Assembly (NCBI GenBank): GCA_000934665.2
Contig: JYFJ02001994.1
Location: 1-64,000, forward strand
Reading direction: 5' to 3'
Length of the DNA stretch: 64,000 bases
Origin: Catajapyx aquilonaris
Taxonomy: Eukaryota
The translations under genes and the position numbers were made by a program. The stretch's first letter is position 1. Each line of letters opens with the position of its first letter. Shown one piece after another: positions 1-12,695 of this stretch. Under the pieces are notes generated by a model that made no database searches, was not told the origin of the DNA, and was given only the letters and a program-made list of their open reading frames with translations.

Positions 1-1182
1 TGTCATTTCCTCACAGGTTATCAGCAGCAAAAGGGGCACATTCCAAAATGGTTACACAACAATGCCAATAAATCCTCCAAACAATCAAGTTACACAATAG
101 AGTCTAAATGAATATGAATAACAATGACAGGCGTCCCCAGTGCCGAAGGTTATTCGAATGCTGCATCAATACCTGATTTATGATAACACAATACAACTTT
201 CAAAGTGCTCTCCTGTGAAATTGACTTTTTGGACTTGTGCCCCTATTATTGCCGGGGTGCGACTTGTGTCACCCTCAAATCATTTACCATTATGTATCAT
301 GTATTGTCATATATTCCTCAGGAATAAACAATTCTGAGTTTTTAAGCTGAGTCTTTTGGTGTCCCCACTTGATCACATACAGCAGGCAATCCAGGCAGTA
401 AGCTATGTCCACGACACGAATCCCACCAGCCGACGCAATTTGTCGGTTCTTCACGACACTGAAGGTGACATACAATAACTAGAACGGATTGTGACGAAAC
501 AAGAGTCATCTATAGTATTGTACAAAAAAGAGGTAACAATATTCGGTGCCATTCGCACGTCCAAAGAACTAACTCTCCTCAAAGTGACTCGAAACAATTT
601 GAAGAATGTCTCAATAATGCAGCCAAATGTGGTGTCCAAAACACCCCGAGATACGGGATAAATACTGACACCCTACCCATCTTCTGGCTTTCATGTCAAA
701 ATAACACTGCATTCATAGCTCATACGAAGAAGGCAAATTCAGGTTGAATGTAGAACAGAATTTGGGCTTCTATAGTTGTCGCATAGAGGTAAGCAATACA
801 GAACGGCAATATCTGACTCCTCTCTCTCTCTCTCTCCAGAAGAGTAATGGAGCAACAAGAATCACACTGTCAAGACAACGAGTGAAGAGACTTGTCACAA
901 AGCACGAGCAAAGAGAAAATCGTTGTCACCACAGCATTTGAAAAACATTATTAAGAAACTACGTAAGAAATGAATGCCTCTGAAATAAATTTTCAGAAGG
1001 TGAAACTATGCGATGCTGTGCATATATTAGTAATACAGATAGGAACAGAAACATTGACTCCAGGAAGATACTGCAAAACTCGACGTCATATTGAGTCAAA
1101 ATATGAGCCAACATCAATGCATACAAGTAAATAGTGCATCATACACCCACTGTTCTGTACACATGAAATGCTCCGCATTTAT

Positions 1183-1737
1183 ATCATCCTGAGACCAATT
1201 AATGTCCATGGATGTAAATGGACATTTGAAAAAATATATTTTTCGCTGAATGGAGTGTAACTTTTCTGTACCTGCCTGTATCTATACATCCACAAGGAAG
1301 TGTGCTTTCCATTGCAGTTCAGTTTTCAAATCTAGAATAGTGAGGTAACATGTTAGGAGGTGAGAAGGGAAGGAGCAAGCCCCATGCCTGAAGTTTTGGT
1401 CCTTCAAGTTAATTTCATATTTATCTTTAATTGTCTTCTAAGAGGAATTGCTACAATGAATTCCACAAATGAATGTAAAAAAAAACATTGTTTGTAGGTT
1501 AGAGCACTATGTGAGTGATCCATTACGTGGCATTTAACTTTTCAGCATTTATCCGTTCTGCTTTTGTGGCAGAAATTCTGTCCTAATGTCCTCATAGGAG
1601 GACATTGTGTTTTTAGGGGTTTTTTGGCCTATATTTTAGAACTATATTTTTTTCTCGGTTCTTATTGGCAAAATGTTCGCCAAATGCAACGAGAACTGAC
1701 ATTTTGTCACCCAGTTTTTCTTGGGTCTCAGGAGGAT
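1183..1737. mobile_element. Non-autonomous DNA transposon (MITE) with short TIRs, superfamily unassigned
   Basis: Left end atcatcctgagaccaa is nearly the reverse complement of right end ttgggtctcaggaggat. Internal palindromes aatgtcc...ggacatt occur at ~1201 and ~1585. The element interrupts a module that is contiguous at ~8050 and ~52797. Confidence 0.65.
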
Positions 1738-3645
1738 GACAAATCCAGAAGAATCAATAGTCCATACAGTGACATGCAACTAGTGGGCTCTATAAAATAA
1801 GACAAATGAACAGTATGATGTAATCAACAGTCAGCCGAGATAAAATGCAAATTAAACTACTGTAAATGTCGCTGACCTTGAATCAGCTTGCATCCCCTCG
1901 ATTCAGGCCCATGATACAGTACGCTTGGTTAAAAAGTGGGTACGTTGAGGACAGGCCTGCAGCACTTCAAACGCCTGTTCAGTTTTGCTTCCAATTAGAA
2001 TACAACGCAACGACTGGTGTGCATTCTGTCATGCACTAGCATTCCTGAAATGTAGTTGGTGCAAAGATCATCTGTGCTTCACCCACTTTTTCAATGAATA
2101 TCACCTCTGCAACAAGTTTGTTGAGTAACCTCATTTTTTAAGAGTTCAGGCAAACCGTTCCATGTTCTTCCATATTATTGATTTAAAGGCATGACCTCTG
2201 CATAAATGACATTTGTCAATTTCTTTAATTTACCTTACATTATTGTTGCTGCCTTTTAGTTTGTGATTTGTTTTCATTTTGTGTTACTGTGACTGCAGGA
2301 TCTGTAATGTTTTATTTAATTGTGTTAGATTTTGTCTTCAAAATATCCTTGTTTTTCTGTTTCACAAGTACGTTTCGTCCAGTATTTGACGTAATTTTGT
2401 TTGTGTCAAACACTGCTTTATTGACATGAATATGTACTGAGAAAATGTCATTCTTTATAAATCCGACCAATGCACCGAATTTAAAGAAAATCGGTGATGT
2501 CGGAATTTTACGAGTTCACCTCTGCTCCCCTCAAAAATGAGTCACGATCATTTTGAGCAGGTAACTTTAGTTGCGTTTTTCATCCCTTTGGGTGGGCTAT
2601 CGATGCACCGAATTTCAAGAGAGTCGGCGAGTGACACTTGGATAGTGTCCTTTGAGACGGAGACTATCCAGGCATAATGACAATGACTTCCGACGAAAAT
2701 TGACGCAAGGGATACGAATACAATGCAAGGACGGGAATGATGTGTACGGACAAAGAAGTACTGTACTACAACCCGCAAGTTATTACACACTGTGACATGC
2801 CGCATTCAAGAATCAAAAATAAAAAATCTCCACATTAGGTTCCTTTTGTAGCAGTCATGGCCGACCTCTTTCTCGAACCGAGTAAGATAAAAACACGGCG
2901 TATACAGTATATTACGTGCCTATCACACAGGGATGACTCATAGGACGCTTCTCTCTTTCAGATTGTGTCCGTTACGGTGTGGTCTGTGAGTCGAGCGATT
3001 GCGAGGTGTGCAGTTCTGGTATGCCTATAATTGCGCCGGTATTCATGTGTAATGACACAATAATTAGGCTACATACAGGGCCTCTCCTCCTCCTCCTCCG
3101 AGGATGACTGGACACCAGAGGCAACCCTGAAGTCTATGAAAGAGCACGCAATCGAGAAAGAAAAGGCTCAGAAAAAGAGATGACAAAATAATATGTTGAT
3201 GGAAGAACTCTGCCAAAAAAGTGATAGAATACAGTATTGATAACAACTACAGGTATGAAAATGACGAGTCTGAAAGAGAACTCCTTAATATTATTCCAAA
3301 AGGTCGCTTTCTCATTTAAAAATAGCTCCAAATTTCATAACCAAAAGAACAATCCACATGTTAACTCAGCAGTGCCGTGGTGATGATGCCTTATCCCAAA
3401 ACATAAGGTGTACAGTAACTCCAAAATATTTAATCAAGCTCTGTTCAGTTATGATGATTCTCAACTTGGTCGAAATAGAAGACCTGCCCATTTGTGGGCG
3501 TGTTCACCCTTGTAAACTGATAGAAGATGGTGTTGTTAATGCTGCAGGACAATCACCTCTGCGCCTCGCATGTCAGACCGGAGTGGATGAAGCTTCTCGT
3601 CTCTTCGCTGCACTCCTTGGATACACCAAGACTGTCACCTCAACA

Positions 3646-3789
3646 TCTTCCCGTATCCACTTTGACGATGATTCCTTGACTGATGATAATGTGGGTTTAA
3701 TGACAGGTTTGGAAAAAGAGAAGTTCCAGCTTGTCCTATTCTTACTGGATCGAGCAGTCAAGCCCTCTGATGTGCGTTCTGTGCGAACT
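3646..3789 (+). mobile_element. ISL2EU/Harbinger-like transposase fragment (HTH region)
   Basis: SSRIHFDDDSLTDDNVGLMTGLEKEKFQLVLFLLDRAVKPSDVRSVRT resembles the FDD..LTD.D...LTGL.K..F...S.VRS.RT pattern of these transposases. Recognised by eye only. Confidence 0.5.
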
Positions 3790-4477
3790 GAAAATGCCTC
3801 TGACCCCGCCTGAACCCTGGTATGCACTCAGCAAGTGGCCCAACTGCTGAATGCAAATGCCAGGCGACGGCATCACTGGAGAACACGTTGGAACTCATAT
3901 CATATTGTCGGCTTTGGACGAGCTTTCTTCACAGCAAGAGTGGCATTGATATATGAATGGTTATACTAAATCTATAACTGAAGATTTGGCCCTGTAATGG
4001 TAAGGAAAAAACATTTTAGAACTTGAGCAAGAGCCAATTCTTTTAAGAAAATGTTGACGTATGAATTCTAACCATAGAATATATTCATGACAACTGCAGG
4101 CAGGGTGAATGACAGGTCTGAAGAAGAACTCCTAAGTGAGAGTATATCTCTTCTGATTTCAAAAGATGGATTTCCTTTGAATGCTCAACGACCACTAATT
4201 ACAGCTCCAAATATCATAACCTAGCGAAAAGCCCACATTTTCATGTCAAGGTAGCAGTGCTGTGCTGATGATGCCTCATATTATGCCCCATACAGTGCAA
4301 GGACTAATTCAAAAATGTTTTATGAAGACCTGTTGAGTTATATTTATCAACTTGGACGAAAATAAAAGACCTGCACATTCATTGTGGGCATGCCCTTGAT
4401 AGACGGATAGAAGTTGGCTCTACTTTTATAGCATTAGGCCTACTCTATACCCACGCATCCATTGCTGATGTACTACA

Positions 4478-4588
4478 CGACGCGACGTGAAGTGGCCGTT
4501 GATGTAAAGCACAGGTATCCAGTGTGTAATCAGACTGATCACCATAAAAAACAAGCCAGGATGTGTATTAGACTATAACACGAAAATG
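4478..4588 (+). mobile_element. piggyBac transposase fragment
   Basis: KNKPGCVLDYNTKM matches the piggyBac KP.CV.DYN..M(GGVD) motif and is preceded by a degenerate RRDV..LM.ST. Confidence 0.5.
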
Positions 4589-7369
4589 TTTTATCAATAT
4601 TCTTGAGTTGTAATTCACAATAATGGAATATTCCTTGTGTGTATGTTGGCTTCCCATTTCGAGAGGAAACATTTCAATATAGAGCAAGAGTGGGATAATT
4701 GACACTCTTCAATTTTGAATTACCAAGCAATTATTGTAACAATCTTCATCAATGAATAGTAGTAGTTGTCAAATACAGGTACCTAATATATTTGACGACA
4801 CAGACGTTACAATGCAACGATTATTTCAGTATGTTACCTCACACACCAAGCTACCTGTGATCAACCGGAAGACGGGCTAGTGGTAGTGGTATGTGCTAGA
4901 TTTTCAGTCATTCCAGTGTCTCATTCTCACTAGGAGGCATGTGAAGACGAAACAGTGACGACGACACTATACGACTTGTTATAGAGATTACTTCAAAGGA
5001 TGAAACTTGGATCATATTTTATCCCCAAGTGAATAGCAGAAGTGGAACTAAATCAACTGGTTTCCGTTTTAAAACTTTGGCTCCTATCTGCATTCTTTAA
5101 TGTCCTTACTGGTTGTCTTTATGACAAAGCTACCGCCGAGACAGCTCTGACAATGAAATAGAATACAGAAGCCCGACCGTAACATGTGGGGATAACAAAG
5201 AATGATATTAACTATGAGGGACAAGGAATGATATTTCCACACTTGTGGACCTGCTTTATTTTTGAGTTCGGATCTAGCAATAACAGTACTCTGTCAACAC
5301 TGCTTTAGAAAATAAGGTTTTCGATTATTACTCAGGTTCATCAGAACGTGTGCATAATGACTCCTGTAATCAGACACCTCTTCCTTATGGGACGGTCTGT
5401 GAACATCAATCCGCCATGTGTCCCGCATTAAACAGGAATATTCTGGGGCATGTAATGTGTGGCCGCAACTTTTTATGACCGATAGTACATGTGGCTTTCC
5501 GTAGGACTGTAAAGAGGAGTTGCAATGGGTCCAATTTTAAGAGAAAACCAATCATAATAGATAATACAACTAATAAGCTTTGGTGCCTTTAAGTACCAGG
5601 TATAGCACCTCAAAAAAGATAACACTCACATGATATGACTAACGTTGATTTTGAGAGCAGCTGATCATGAAACAACAAGGATGTTGATATCAGTATTAGA
5701 CGCTGCTTCTACTGGAACGACTTCTGGTTGTTGTGCAGTTCTTGGGTAATGCAACTTTGATGCTCTTTGCTGGCAAATTGTGTACCCACGGTTTAAAACC
5801 ATAACACGCATGAGTGAACTAGCACAGGGAAATTGGTGACCCTTAACCAAATGATCAACCCTGACTCATTTTAGTGGGCAGAATAGGTTGAGTGTAAACA
5901 ACACATTTGTGCTGAGGTGTTGCATTGGAAACAGCTGCGTACTTGAGAAACAATACAAAATGACCTCACAGGGGAACGCCTCTACCATGCCAGACTCCGC
6001 CTTCCCTGTCAGATAATTATGACAAAGGTATCCAAAATATGAACATTCGCCTTCATAAGGAGAGAAAAGAAAGTAAATTCTAGTAATACGAGTGGAATAA
6101 AGCAGAACAAGACTTGGGGAAGGAAACCAAGTAGACGGTAGATGAACACGAGTTGCTACTTTCTTTACCATACTGATATGAGGTTAATTAGTGCGTGCCA
6201 TTGTGAGTTACATAATCATGCCTCTGAATCTTACCTGACCACTCAGAGACCTTCCCACCAGGGGCAGGCACTGGGGCGGGCCCTGAGTCGGACACGGGGC
6301 GTAGTGGTTCCTCCTGAGTAGGCCTCCAACCAAGAACCAATTTATCAGTTGAGCTAATATAACTTACTGACTGCAATGTGATGGTCAACGAGGCACCAAA
6401 CTGATGCTAAATAATTGGCAAGTTCGAAAATATTTGCCATTAGTGTAATTCTCGACTTCAGATTACACCACCACCTAATTTTATTCATCCAATACCTGCT
6501 CAATAACTCGTAGTATGCTTATGTCAGCAACTAATTTTAATTGCTGTTAGCTACGTCATGGTTGCGTTCAGTCATCCCGCTCAAGAAAGTGCTAACATAT
6601 TAAAAACGTCTTTATTCCATTATGGAGTTTATACGACTGATTTCTTACATTTTCATAATACTAAATATTATCGAGTTCATCAACTGCATTGCTTTGGCAA
6701 TTATCTAATACATATTTGCAGAACTGGAAATGGGACATCTCAACGTGATTGACCTGTTTATGAAGGAAGAGAGAGACGTTGAGGTCAAGGAGTGGAAGAA
6801 CTACAAATGAATTAATGTGAGAGTAATAATGTCCTCTTAGCCTACCAAATGCTAAACTGCAAAATGTCACTGTCATTTTCTACTACCGCATTAGTACTTT
6901 TCCCTGGACAACTGTGATGCACTGATAGGTTCCATCAGGCTGCCATAAGAGGAGGAGACGACCCGAAAAAAAGACAGTCTGAGACAGCCATACGACAATG
7001 CTTCTTATGATATGAACAATAAATGCAGTATAATTATACCAGTACCCCTGAATGAGGTCGACACAGTTCCTTTCAAGTATGACAATGGACAAACTTACGC
7101 ATGCCGGACCGTACGCAATCAACATGGCATGATTTGTTGAAAAGTGTGACTCGAAAACCACAATATAACTTTATAACTTTGCGTAATCCTGTCGACATCT
7201 GAGGCATATTGAAATGTGATTAAATCAATATAATAGGGCCTGGAAACTATTTTGTCTACATCTTGATACAATCACCTATGTATAAGCACTATTGTGCCGG
7301 ATAGGACAAAATTAAGCAGCAGACAGCCAGTGCAAAACACAGGGACTGAGTGAAGACTATTATGTTGCT

Positions 7370-7610
7370 CACACTTGGCCTTGGAGCACCAGCTACTCTA
7401 GCCAGAGGTACTTAATTATCTCTTAAAATTATGATTTACATTAAATGTGAAGCGCTCAACACCCGTCTGTTCGAAGAACTCTTATCACAACATGATTTCT
7501 GATCACGAAATCATCTCTTCTACACTGCTGCACGATGGTTGTTGAAATGAAAATGTTGTCAATCGTGCCTTTGACTTGCTAAAGTAAATAAACTTGTCGC
7601 TTATGGACAA
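7370..7610 (+). mobile_element. hAT (Charlie/Buster, ZBED8/FAM200-like) transposase fragment, frameshifted
   Basis: Pieces across frames read EVLNYLLKIMIYIKCEALNTRLFEEL / NMISDHEI / LFYTAARWLLK / ENVVNRAFDL, matching the IK..ALNTRLF..LC..M.SDHE.LLFYT.VRWLS.GNV..RVFEL motif. Confidence 0.85.
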
Positions 7611-9159
7611 CAGAGAGTGCGACAACAATGCCCACAAAACGCATCTGATGGACAAATAAGACATAATACGACACAATGAAGAATGCAATTTCATATCTCG
7701 GACACACTATATTTCACTCCACGAGGGGTCCATCATCACCGAGGAAGACAAGCTATTTTCCTGGATCGATAATGGAAATAACATAGCACTTCCGGAGGGC
7801 GGGCGAAGGACGACGATGAGGCCATTCGACTAGACAAAATGAGAGATGTACCAGACCTCGGGGCAGACCTGTGTCCAGTATGAGAAGAAGTGCTCTAAAA
7901 GCAGCTCAAGACTGTGCAGCCAAGAGCATCTGTCACGTGAAGTGCATTGATGGCGATTTCACAAGTCCCATTATTGAAAATGCAGAGGGCGTTCTGAGTC
8001 AAAATATCAGCCTGTATTACCACCTACCCAAAATGAGTGTATAATACACGAACTGTTCCTTACAAATGCAAAACATTCAATCATCCACAGAGTGACGTGT
8101 AACAAATGGCTTTTTAAAAGCAATACAAAAACCGTAACGGTGAGAAACATTGATCAGCGTGGAGACATAGGCAACAGTTTCATCAGGTATGTGTTGAGTT
8201 GTAATTGTCAATTAGGTCGAAAAAGAGACAATTTGAATATTCACTAACTCTAGGTCAACTGAGAGAATGCTATTTTTAAAAGTAGCATAACTCGTTTCTT
8301 GCCCGTTTCGAGAAGAAAAAGAAGGAGCAAGAGTGAGGAATGTAACCTTTGCAATATAATATTATTGCAAAGCAATTCTTATGAACATCTACCTTGCGGG
8401 GTAGGAGCACTTGTTAATAATAGAGGCGCATAAACCTGTAGACAAAACCGTTTGTGCCTAGCGACTTTGCCGTGTGTGATTAATAACAATAGTCGCAATA
8501 ACGAGAGGTTTTATGCACTGTTTGGATTAAAAGTACTAACTGTAAGTGACTCTCTTAGGATAACCTACCCAAATCATATGGATTTACTTGAAACGAGTGA
8601 CGAAGGAAGGGGTTTGTGGTGATAGCTGAACTACCAAGCACGAGACGGCATGGCAAGAGCAAGTTAAAAGTCATTGGCGCCTTTTTTATCCTAACAAATA
8701 AGGGCGCAAGTCGACGACTTTGACGACGCTGACGCTACTCTCCTCGACAGGCAAGACTCCCAGGTACCATGAAGTGGTGTTGACGACGTGTGCCCTGGTT
8801 CCATCAACCTCTATAGCCTCGCAGGTAGCCGAATTCAGATTCCGTTTGACGCTGCCCATTCTACTCCACGGACTTTCAGTGTGGAACATTATTGGGGTTA
8901 TTTCTGTATTTTTTTGGGAAAATATACAATTATTGTGATTAACAGTGAACTTTGAGTTACTCGAACTCCCCACTTCACCTGCCAAATGGGTATCTTACAC
9001 AGGAACTGAAGAGCAATGAAGAAGCCGACGCGACGTAATTTCTCGGTAAATCTGACGTGCAGCTTTTGTTAAGATTTTTCATCGTATAAGGACTTGAACA
9101 TAGATAAATTTTTCGAGCACGAAAAGTCGAAAACCAAATCCAGTTTTCATCCAGTCTTC

Positions 9160-9393
9160 AGCGACATGTTGCGACATAGAGCCAAGACACACCTTGTGGG
9201 CGTCCTAGAAAAGCTCTTCCCTTAAATTGGTGCACCAGAGGCTTGTGATGGAGTGGTTGTTGACCGTGTAGTGCTGGCACAAAACGTGAAGATGCGAGGA
9301 AAACAGACCTACCTAGAGCATAGACCGACGTAACACAGCTGATGCTCACTCTATCTTGGGATCAAGCGAGTGGACATTGCCTGGGAACTGTAC
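9160..9393 (+). mobile_element. Academ (AcademX-type) protein fragment, N-terminal part of the XPG/PIN-like nuclease region
   Basis: SDMLRHRAKTHLVGVLEK..DGVVVDRVVLAQNVKMRGKQTYLEH / GIKRVDIAWELY matches the LR...KS.L...LE..VVDG..LVQ...TF.DY...RVD.VWD.Y pattern. Confidence 0.65.
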
Positions 9394-9651
9394 TCCGCCT
9401 CTATGCACCTCCTGATAGATATCAGGTCGGAGCTGCGTTCTCTGACACGCCCTACGACATGTCCTGCAAGGGGATAATGGTGGTAATTGGACATTTCAGT
9501 GAACAACATAATCCTTCCCGTGTCCAGTATGGGAAGAACTCCTTTCAAAGAAGCTCAAGACTGTACACGCAAGAGCATGACATAGCAGAAAGGGACCTCT
9601 CACATAAGTAATAGAGAATACCGGCCACAATTACGAATGCAATTTAATATC

Positions 9652-10728
9652 TTCGACACGTTAGATTTTACTCCACGAAGGGTCCATCATCACCAGAGAG
9701 GAAGACACTAGTTAGCTATTTTCCCGGATTGATAATGGAAACATACACTTCTGAAGTCAAATAAAGAGGATATGATTTCAAAAGCATATAAATAAACCCA
9801 TTGATATGTTCCAACATTAATATTTCAAGGACAACATCACAGCAGCAGAACGGCTTCTAGTTACGAATGACGCATTATTCGATCAGATCAAAGTAAATAT
9901 TACCAAGACAGAGGTAATCTGACAAACCCAACCATCACTTCTAGAGTGTTCTAGTGTTCGACACGTTAGATTTTACTCCACGAAGGGTCCATCATCACCA
10001 GAGAGGAAGACACTAGTTAACTATTTTCCCGGATTGATAATGGAAACATACACTTCTGAAGTCAAATAAAGAGGATATGATTTCAAAAGCATATAAATAA
10101 ACCCATTGATATGTTCCAACATTAACCCTTAACTACGTAGGTGGAGCCTGAGAGGCTCCAAGCACTATTTAAACGCATGTAACTTTTTCATTGAATTTTA
10201 TTTTCCCCTGTCCTTTCGTGACTTTGTCAGGAAAATCTTCCTAAGCATGAAAAGGAAAGAAAATTTTTTTTAGTCCCTATTGTTTGGTTTAAAAAAATTC
10301 GTAACGAGGAACAGGTCCCTCCTGGAACTGCTCAGGCTCATATCTCGTAGGTGAAGCCTGAGCGGCTCAAGCATGATGTAACCTTTTAATTAAGAATTTT
10401 TCCCTGTCGGAATATGCAGACTCAGCGTGTGATTTTTACGTTTTCGGAAGCCTAATGATCTGAACTGCACTTTCTGCATGTGAAAAGTCCAATATAACAA
10501 TTTAGTTGATAAGCAGAAATTTAAATATACCGTTGGAGCCTCTCAGGCTCCACCTACGTAGTTAAAGGTGTTTCGCCCACCTACGTAGTTAAGGGTTAAT
10601 ATTTCAAGGACAACATCACAGCAGCAGAACGGCTTCTAGTTACGAATGACGCATTATTCGATCAGATCAAAGTAAATATTACCAAGACAGAGGTAATCTG
10701 ACAAACCCAACCATCACTTCTAGAGTGT
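9652..10728 (+). repeat. Recent near-identical ~298-bp tandem duplication (9652-9949 and 9957-10728); second copy interrupted by a MITE
   Basis: The copies look identical apart from one visible substitution (ttagctatt vs ttaactatt) and the MITE insertion. Confidence 0.95.
10126..10595. mobile_element. piggyBac-type MITE, 470 bp, TTAA target-site duplication
   Basis: TTAA at 10122-10125 and 10596-10599. 19-bp TIR CCCTTAACTACGTAGGTGG. Longer subterminal inverted repeat at 10533-10565. The empty site ccaacaTTAAtatttc is present in the duplicate copy at ~9811. Confidence 0.95.
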
Positions 10729-12607
10729 AAAAATCCCAGCATCTCGTGAAGACAACGCAAAAACTGGCCGAATATTGTCCATGCAATGGATAATTAATGT
10801 GTGTAAAGTGTGTAATAACATCAGTGTCTGACGGAAGCGTCATCTCATAATCCTAGAAATCCATCTGAACCTGTTATCCGACTTTAACATGCACCACAAC
10901 ATGGGTCACCAAAAAGTAAACAGTGTAATCAACATGCCAACCTGGGAAATACATTAACAAAGGATATTAATAATTGGGACTACATTGGCCAACGTGGCAG
11001 AAGGCACATAAGGACTGACATTTCTATTCCACTGTGTCAGAATAAAAAGTTAAACAAGTTTAGTCGTGTATAATTAATTGTCATAATCACAATAATTAGA
11101 GGTTTTATGTACCGTTTGGATTAAAAGTACGAACTGTAAGTGACTCTCTCAGGACAACCTACCCAAATCATATGGATTGATTGAAATGGGTGACAATGGG
11201 CTCAAAGCGTGAGACACCATTAGGCAACACCCTGCCTAAAGAGTAATTGGACCTAGGAAACAATCGTAACACGTCCTCCCCGAGTGGTAGGGATCAAGAT
11301 TTGGGACACAAGAAATGCACAATATTTTGCGACTCAAAAACGTCAGTCACCTGAACATGTCCAATCATGAATGGACTTGGCAAGAATGGTACAGTACTTT
11401 AGCGACTGAATGTGGGAGTAATTTTCATAATACTAAATATTGTCGAGGTCATAAATTGCATTACTTAATTTACACCAATATGTGGACAGTGAGGTACCAG
11501 TCTGAATGCATCCCAAAGATGGTGGCAATGCAATACGTCACCAATGTTACCGGATTTCCATCAGAGGTGACCCAAAGGCCCATGGATGCACTCAAAGTTG
11601 TAACTGCTAACCTTTTAGGAAACAACAGATCTGTAAAGATGACACGTGCATGTGATAAAGGAAGGGACATGCCTTCATATCAAGAAATGGAAGAACTACT
11701 AGAAAGGAATTGTAATGGTTAAGCTGCAAAAATAACATCAATGTAGACTCATTTTCTACTCCCGCATTTGCACTTGAACCTGGACAACTGTGGCGTAGTA
11801 AGTTCTCTTAGGTTCCATCAGGCTGCTATGGGAGGAGCAAAAGACTTCTGGGAGACAAAATCAATCAAGATTCTGACGTCACGCTTGTATCATCATTTCC
11901 ATATACTGTGAAGCATACAGTTAATCCCTCACATCCTGGGTGATGCAAAGGCGCAGGTGGACATATTCAGGTTGAAGAGACAGGATAGATGTGAACTCTA
12001 TATGTATATTACAGTTCATGTACTTTTCTTGAGCAAATATAGCCACTGGAGGTTACAAGTGACAACATTGACAGCCCAGGTCGAAAACTGATTCTCCTGA
12101 ATTTGAAAAGTGATAAGGTGTACTCTCCAACACCCAGGAAACCTCTGACTAAAATCAAACGATATTTCATTTTTAAAATACCGCTACACAGAAAAAGTAG
12201 CAGCACTTTATGGTGACTTGGAAAAAAAAAGTCTAATACGAACAGGTACGTTGTACGAATAGCGACCGATATCTGAGGCGGTGTTACTACTGATAGCCAG
12301 ATGTACGGTCCATGCTCCAGTTCCACATCGACGACTGAAATTATCAGAAACCGCGACAGACTGCGAAAAAGTGGATCGCGGTCACCAACATCAGCAAGAG
12401 TCTGCTACCTTCGTCTATGTGATGTTCTTCACCTGGGAAACATATAGTTTGCACGCAATGTATGGTTGCAGTACACGACCTTATGCTGCATATCTGGTAC
12501 CACCCTGGCTCATATTCAAACTGATAGACACAGCTGTCATGACGTTATAATATCAAACCCTGTTGATTAGCTTCCCCTCAAACAGCTGTTACGAAACTGG
12601 ACTTGCA

Positions 12608-12695
12608 GTTCCAAAATTTGAACCCGGATGAAAACATTCTGCTAAATATGCCATGAAAATGAACTGAGTCTGGCTGGCCCATTCATGGTTTCAAT
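12608..12695 (+). mobile_element. Possible Gypsy integrase C-terminal (GPF/Y) fragment
   Basis: Frameshifted KFEPG / ENILLNMP / LAGPFMV. Short and degenerate. Confidence 0.35.

Noticed and set aside
3451..3520. C/D box snoRNA-like pattern (ATGATGA...CTGA, 70 nt)
   Set aside because: The boxes are not conserved in the paralogous copies at ~4330, ~14825 and ~29475, and there is no terminal stem or evident guide sequence.
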